Shown piece after piece: positions 38,101-64,000 of a stretch of DNA of 64,000 nucleotides (position 1 is the stretch's first letter; the number at the start of each line of letters is the position of its first letter). Below the pieces are notes generated by a model, which did no database searches, was not told where the DNA came from, and worked only from the letters and a program-made list of their open reading frames with translations. The translations under genes were made by a program, and so were the position numbers. This DNA is from Octopus vulgaris (Eukaryota), in NCBI GenBank assembly GCA_951406725.2, contig OX597839.1:16120001-16184000 (forward strand), read 5' to 3'.

Positions 38101-40229
38101 GCAGACGAAATACGGCTACGCATTTCGCCCGGCGTGCTAACGTATCTAGCTTGACCCTGCCTGAGATTTGAAACCAAATCTACCAGCTTGCTGCTTGTCA
38201 AAACGAGCGGGTAATCCTCTCCACACCAAATGATTGATGAGGAAACACTCGACCCCCTAGGACCTGTGCTGGTCAAGAAAAGGTTAGTCCTTGGATTAGG
38301 GTTTGACCTACACTACTGACCATAGTCTATATAACAGAGAGAATTTCCTATCTCTTCCTCTTATGTATCAGCTAATGACCAAGGAGCAATGTCCGCTTCT
38401 GCGTCAGCCTTAACTAAGAGCAGCATTTCCCTTCGCTCGATATGCGAAAAGAGCCTTTCGGCAGCAAGAAAGGCGATGCCAACTTTATCCTTTCTAGTCA
38501 GCACCGTACATTCCTTACTCTTTCACTCTCTACTGACAGACAACCTTTTTCTACACTATCAACTACTAACCAGCGAGCCATCCTTCTTGTCACTATCGCT
38601 AGAATTGCTACTGTCTCTTTAACTACCTGTCGGGCAAACGAATAAACATATGTAAATAATATTTCTTCCTTCTTGGTGTTGATTCTTCGATGTTTGCTGG
38701 TACTCCGGCATGAGAACCTTCAAGCGTTACATCTACACGCTACATTCAGTAGTAGGCTACATCATATCGAATTGATATGGCACATCACATCCAGCCCACT
38801 ATATATATATAAAAACAATTAATTCAAAAGTGCATGAAGTGATGCTGCAAAAACGTGGGGGGGGTGGGGAGTCTGTCTCTGTCAGCACATTCCGTCATCG
38901 TTGATTGATTTTACATCAGTGGCTCTCACCCGAGGTCCATAAGACCCCTGGGAATCTGTGCAAGCAAAAAGTAAGCTGAGTGTCCACAATTTTCTCAAGA
39001 ATGCCAAGAGAAAAAAATGTTTTATTTTGACACATTCTACCAGTATACGAAGTTTTAAAGTGTTTAGTTAACTAGAAATTGTCTGCCGTTCAAAAGGAAA
39101 AGATCCACGAACGGTTCTCTGGTACTTCCTTTTGAAGTTAATGTAGTTTTTCTTTTGCAAGAGAATCTTACTGAATTGCAGAGGGATAAAACATTTGAAC
39201 CAAGATCTAAAAATAAGCAAAATGAATGGAAAACTAATGACACTGCTAAAATATATTAACTACTCGGGGAGAATTATAGTTGTACGTCCCTGATTTTTCC
39301 GTTGAATCTAGTTTATGTCTGGTCTCTTAACTTAAATATCAAAAGCTCGTAACCGACTCGACATTCTACAAAGAGTTGATCTCCGATTAATACTGACAAT
39401 GTCGGAGCCGAATATTGCAAAGATTACATTGAATGTAGTAGTACTAAAGAAGTATCGTTTTTTTAAAAATAAATATGTCCTTGGATATCTACGATTTAAT
39501 TTACTAAACTTTCATTTTCAATAAAATTTAGTCAGTTGTTAAAGTTCATGTGTAATAGGTTATACTCCTACAAGAGAAGATATTTCGGGACTCATGGAAA
39601 GTTATTGTTAATTAAAATGTTTTGTGAGTTTTGAAGCTGGATATTCATTTGTAGACCATCTCGCGGAAAAGGGCGAAAATTAGTTGACAAGTCTGAGATT
39701 CAAAACGAAAGTCGGCCCATTTCTAAAGAAGAAAGTGCTGAATTATATAACACCGAAATGCTCATCTTGTACTAAGGAAACGATAAAATATAAGGAAAGA
39801 TTTTTCGGTTAATATATAGATCATCTGTATATTAACCTTTTCGGTTAATATATAAAGCACGATTTTTCGATGCTTCACACACAAAACTTTAAAAAGTCTG
39901 GTAAATTTTTACAAGTGCGAAAATTTACCATTACCACAATTTTTAAAATATAATTCCTAATATTTAACTATAAAAATACAGTAAGATCTTTTAAAACATT
40001 GAACGGTTATTAGGACCCACTTCGTGAAATTGGAATCAAATTGAAATCCATAGAAAGTTGAATGACGAAGGAAGGAAATATAAACACAACAAACGTAATT
40101 AAATGTCCAGATAATTAAAACAAATTACACTTCTATATTGAAATTATGAGAGATATATAGATATAAAGTATTTAGTAAAAGATGATTGGATTTCATAAGG
40201 TATATTCGTAAATAAAGTAAACAACAAAC

Positions 40230-40624
40230 CTCGAGCTTCGGTGAATTCACAAATTTCCGTTCGAAAATCCTTCTTTAAATAAACCGCTTCAGAATTCAAA
40301 CTGACGATCTCTCAACCAATGGCGACGGAGCTAGTTTGAAGTCCGTATATTTATTGTCTGAACAATAATTAGATTCATTAAAAAATAAATTAGTATTGCA
40401 TAAATCTAATTTATAAATAAATTATAACATAAGTATTGTTGGAAATAATATTAACGATTTTTGAAATTAAACGTAAAGACTATTATCCAATGGCAATGAG
40501 CGTTTGCGATTTTTCGGTTGCCCTAGTGCTTACTATATCTTCCTGTCCTTTGCTTCTTCTCGCAGCATGCAATGTCTCCTCGTTGACAGACGAAATGAAG
40601 AAGAATGTAGAGTTTTTATAGAAA
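40230..40624. promoter_or_regulatory. Putative bidirectional promoter with CCAAT boxes and CHR-like TTTGAA elements; probably includes the NCAPD2 5'-UTR exon
   Basis: Repeat-free, with more CpGs than the introns. CCAATGGC at 40316 and 40487; TTCAAA at 40295-40300; TTTGAA at 40335-40340 and 40460-40465; candidate minus-strand donor AG|GTTTGT at 40230/40229. Confidence 0.55.
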
Positions 40625-62944
<22,320 letters not shown>

Positions 62945-63884
62945 GTAACCCCAAAACTCTGTTATAAATTCTAAGACCTCTTAATACTCATTCTGCTGGT
63001 ATTTCATTCAATTTTATGGAATATCCACATTTAACCCTTCAGCATTTAAACTGACCATATCCAACCAAAATATTCTACCTGTTTGTTTTTTTTCAAACTG
63101 GTTAGCTCCATCCTCTCATACCTACCCTACAATGTCAGTCTAAAAATAAACAATCATATCAAAGTTTCAAAACTAAAATAGGATAAATACAAACTAATGT
63201 GAATAAATAAGCATTACCTTTGACATTAGCTTGCGATAACTATTAATATCCAGTACTACTGCTGTAGTCTCCTTTAGAGAGACTTAGAAATAATAATATT
63301 TCTATTGCTTATATGTATGTGTGGAGGCACATGGCTTAGTGGTTAGCACAGCGGACTCGCGCTCAAGGGATCACAGGTTCAAATCTCAGACCGGGGATTT
63401 GGTGTTTTCCATGTGTGTGAATTGTTGATATATATTATTTATTTATGTATGTGTGTGTGTATGTATATGTTTGTGTGTGTGTGTGTATACATTTCTATGT
63501 ATAAAATGAATATAGACAGTAGTGTGCAATGTTTTACCAAAAAGGAAAACTATAATTGTCCCTAAATATGACTAGGGTGTTAGAAACACCTACATTACTA
63601 GAAATAAAAGCTAAAATGCTCTTATGTTCCAATTAGCAATATAAACATAAGTGCTTATGCAATATTTTGTGTTCTAACACAACATCCACTTTTAAGTGGG
63701 GTTAAATATTAAATATTACCTTTTGTTATTAACACTGCTTCTATCATAATTATATATATATATATATACACATATATGATGATGATATATATATATATAA
63801 CAATTGCAGCGTGGAAGGTGTTTGTAAGCCATTTAAGAAACACACAAAAGCCGTTCGATTCACTTCAACATTTAAGTTTAATTT

Positions 63885-63999
63885 GTCAAAATATTTTCGT
63901 CGCTTTAAGACCGCGACCTGTTCACTGACAAAAATCCGTGCTGCACAGATTTTTGTTAGTGAACAGGTCGCAGTCTTAAAATGACGAAAATATTTTGAC
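63885..63999. ncRNA. Inverted pair of hammerhead-like motifs with G3-C8 core (63885-63929 on -, 63955-63999 on +)
   Basis: Minus-arm sequence GTCA-GTGAACA-G-GTCGC-ggtcttaaa-GCGAC-GAAA-ATAT-TT-TGAC; palindromic element from about 63800 to beyond the window end. Confidence 0.6.
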
Positions 64000-64000
64000 A

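Overview
AT-rich, intron-rich animal genomic DNA. The repeat families suggest an octopus/cephalopod, but this is inferred, not proven. Two spliced genes lie head-to-head across a compact promoter at about 40.2-40.6 kb. On the minus strand, 15 frame-consistent GT-AG exons (35125 down to 1540, about 568 codons, continuing past base 1) encode the N-terminal part of condensin I subunit CAP-D2 (NCAPD2). On the plus strand, 7 exons (40625 to 62944, about 541 codons, continuing past the window end) encode a POM121-like transmembrane nucleoporin. The introns are full of mobile DNA: RTE and CR1 LINE 3' ends, tRNA-headed SINEs, Helitrons, a piggyBac derivative and MITEs. Highlights: (1) about ten minimal type-I hammerhead-ribozyme-like motifs in short Penelope-like elements, including a family with a compensatory G3-C8 core swap and a palindromic tRNA-head plus hammerhead element; (2) a 4.2 kb array of 25-bp repeats inside an NCAPD2 intron, visibly derived from an RTE 3'-UTR motif, with two more minisatellites from the same source. 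Most ORFs in the supplied track are spurious.
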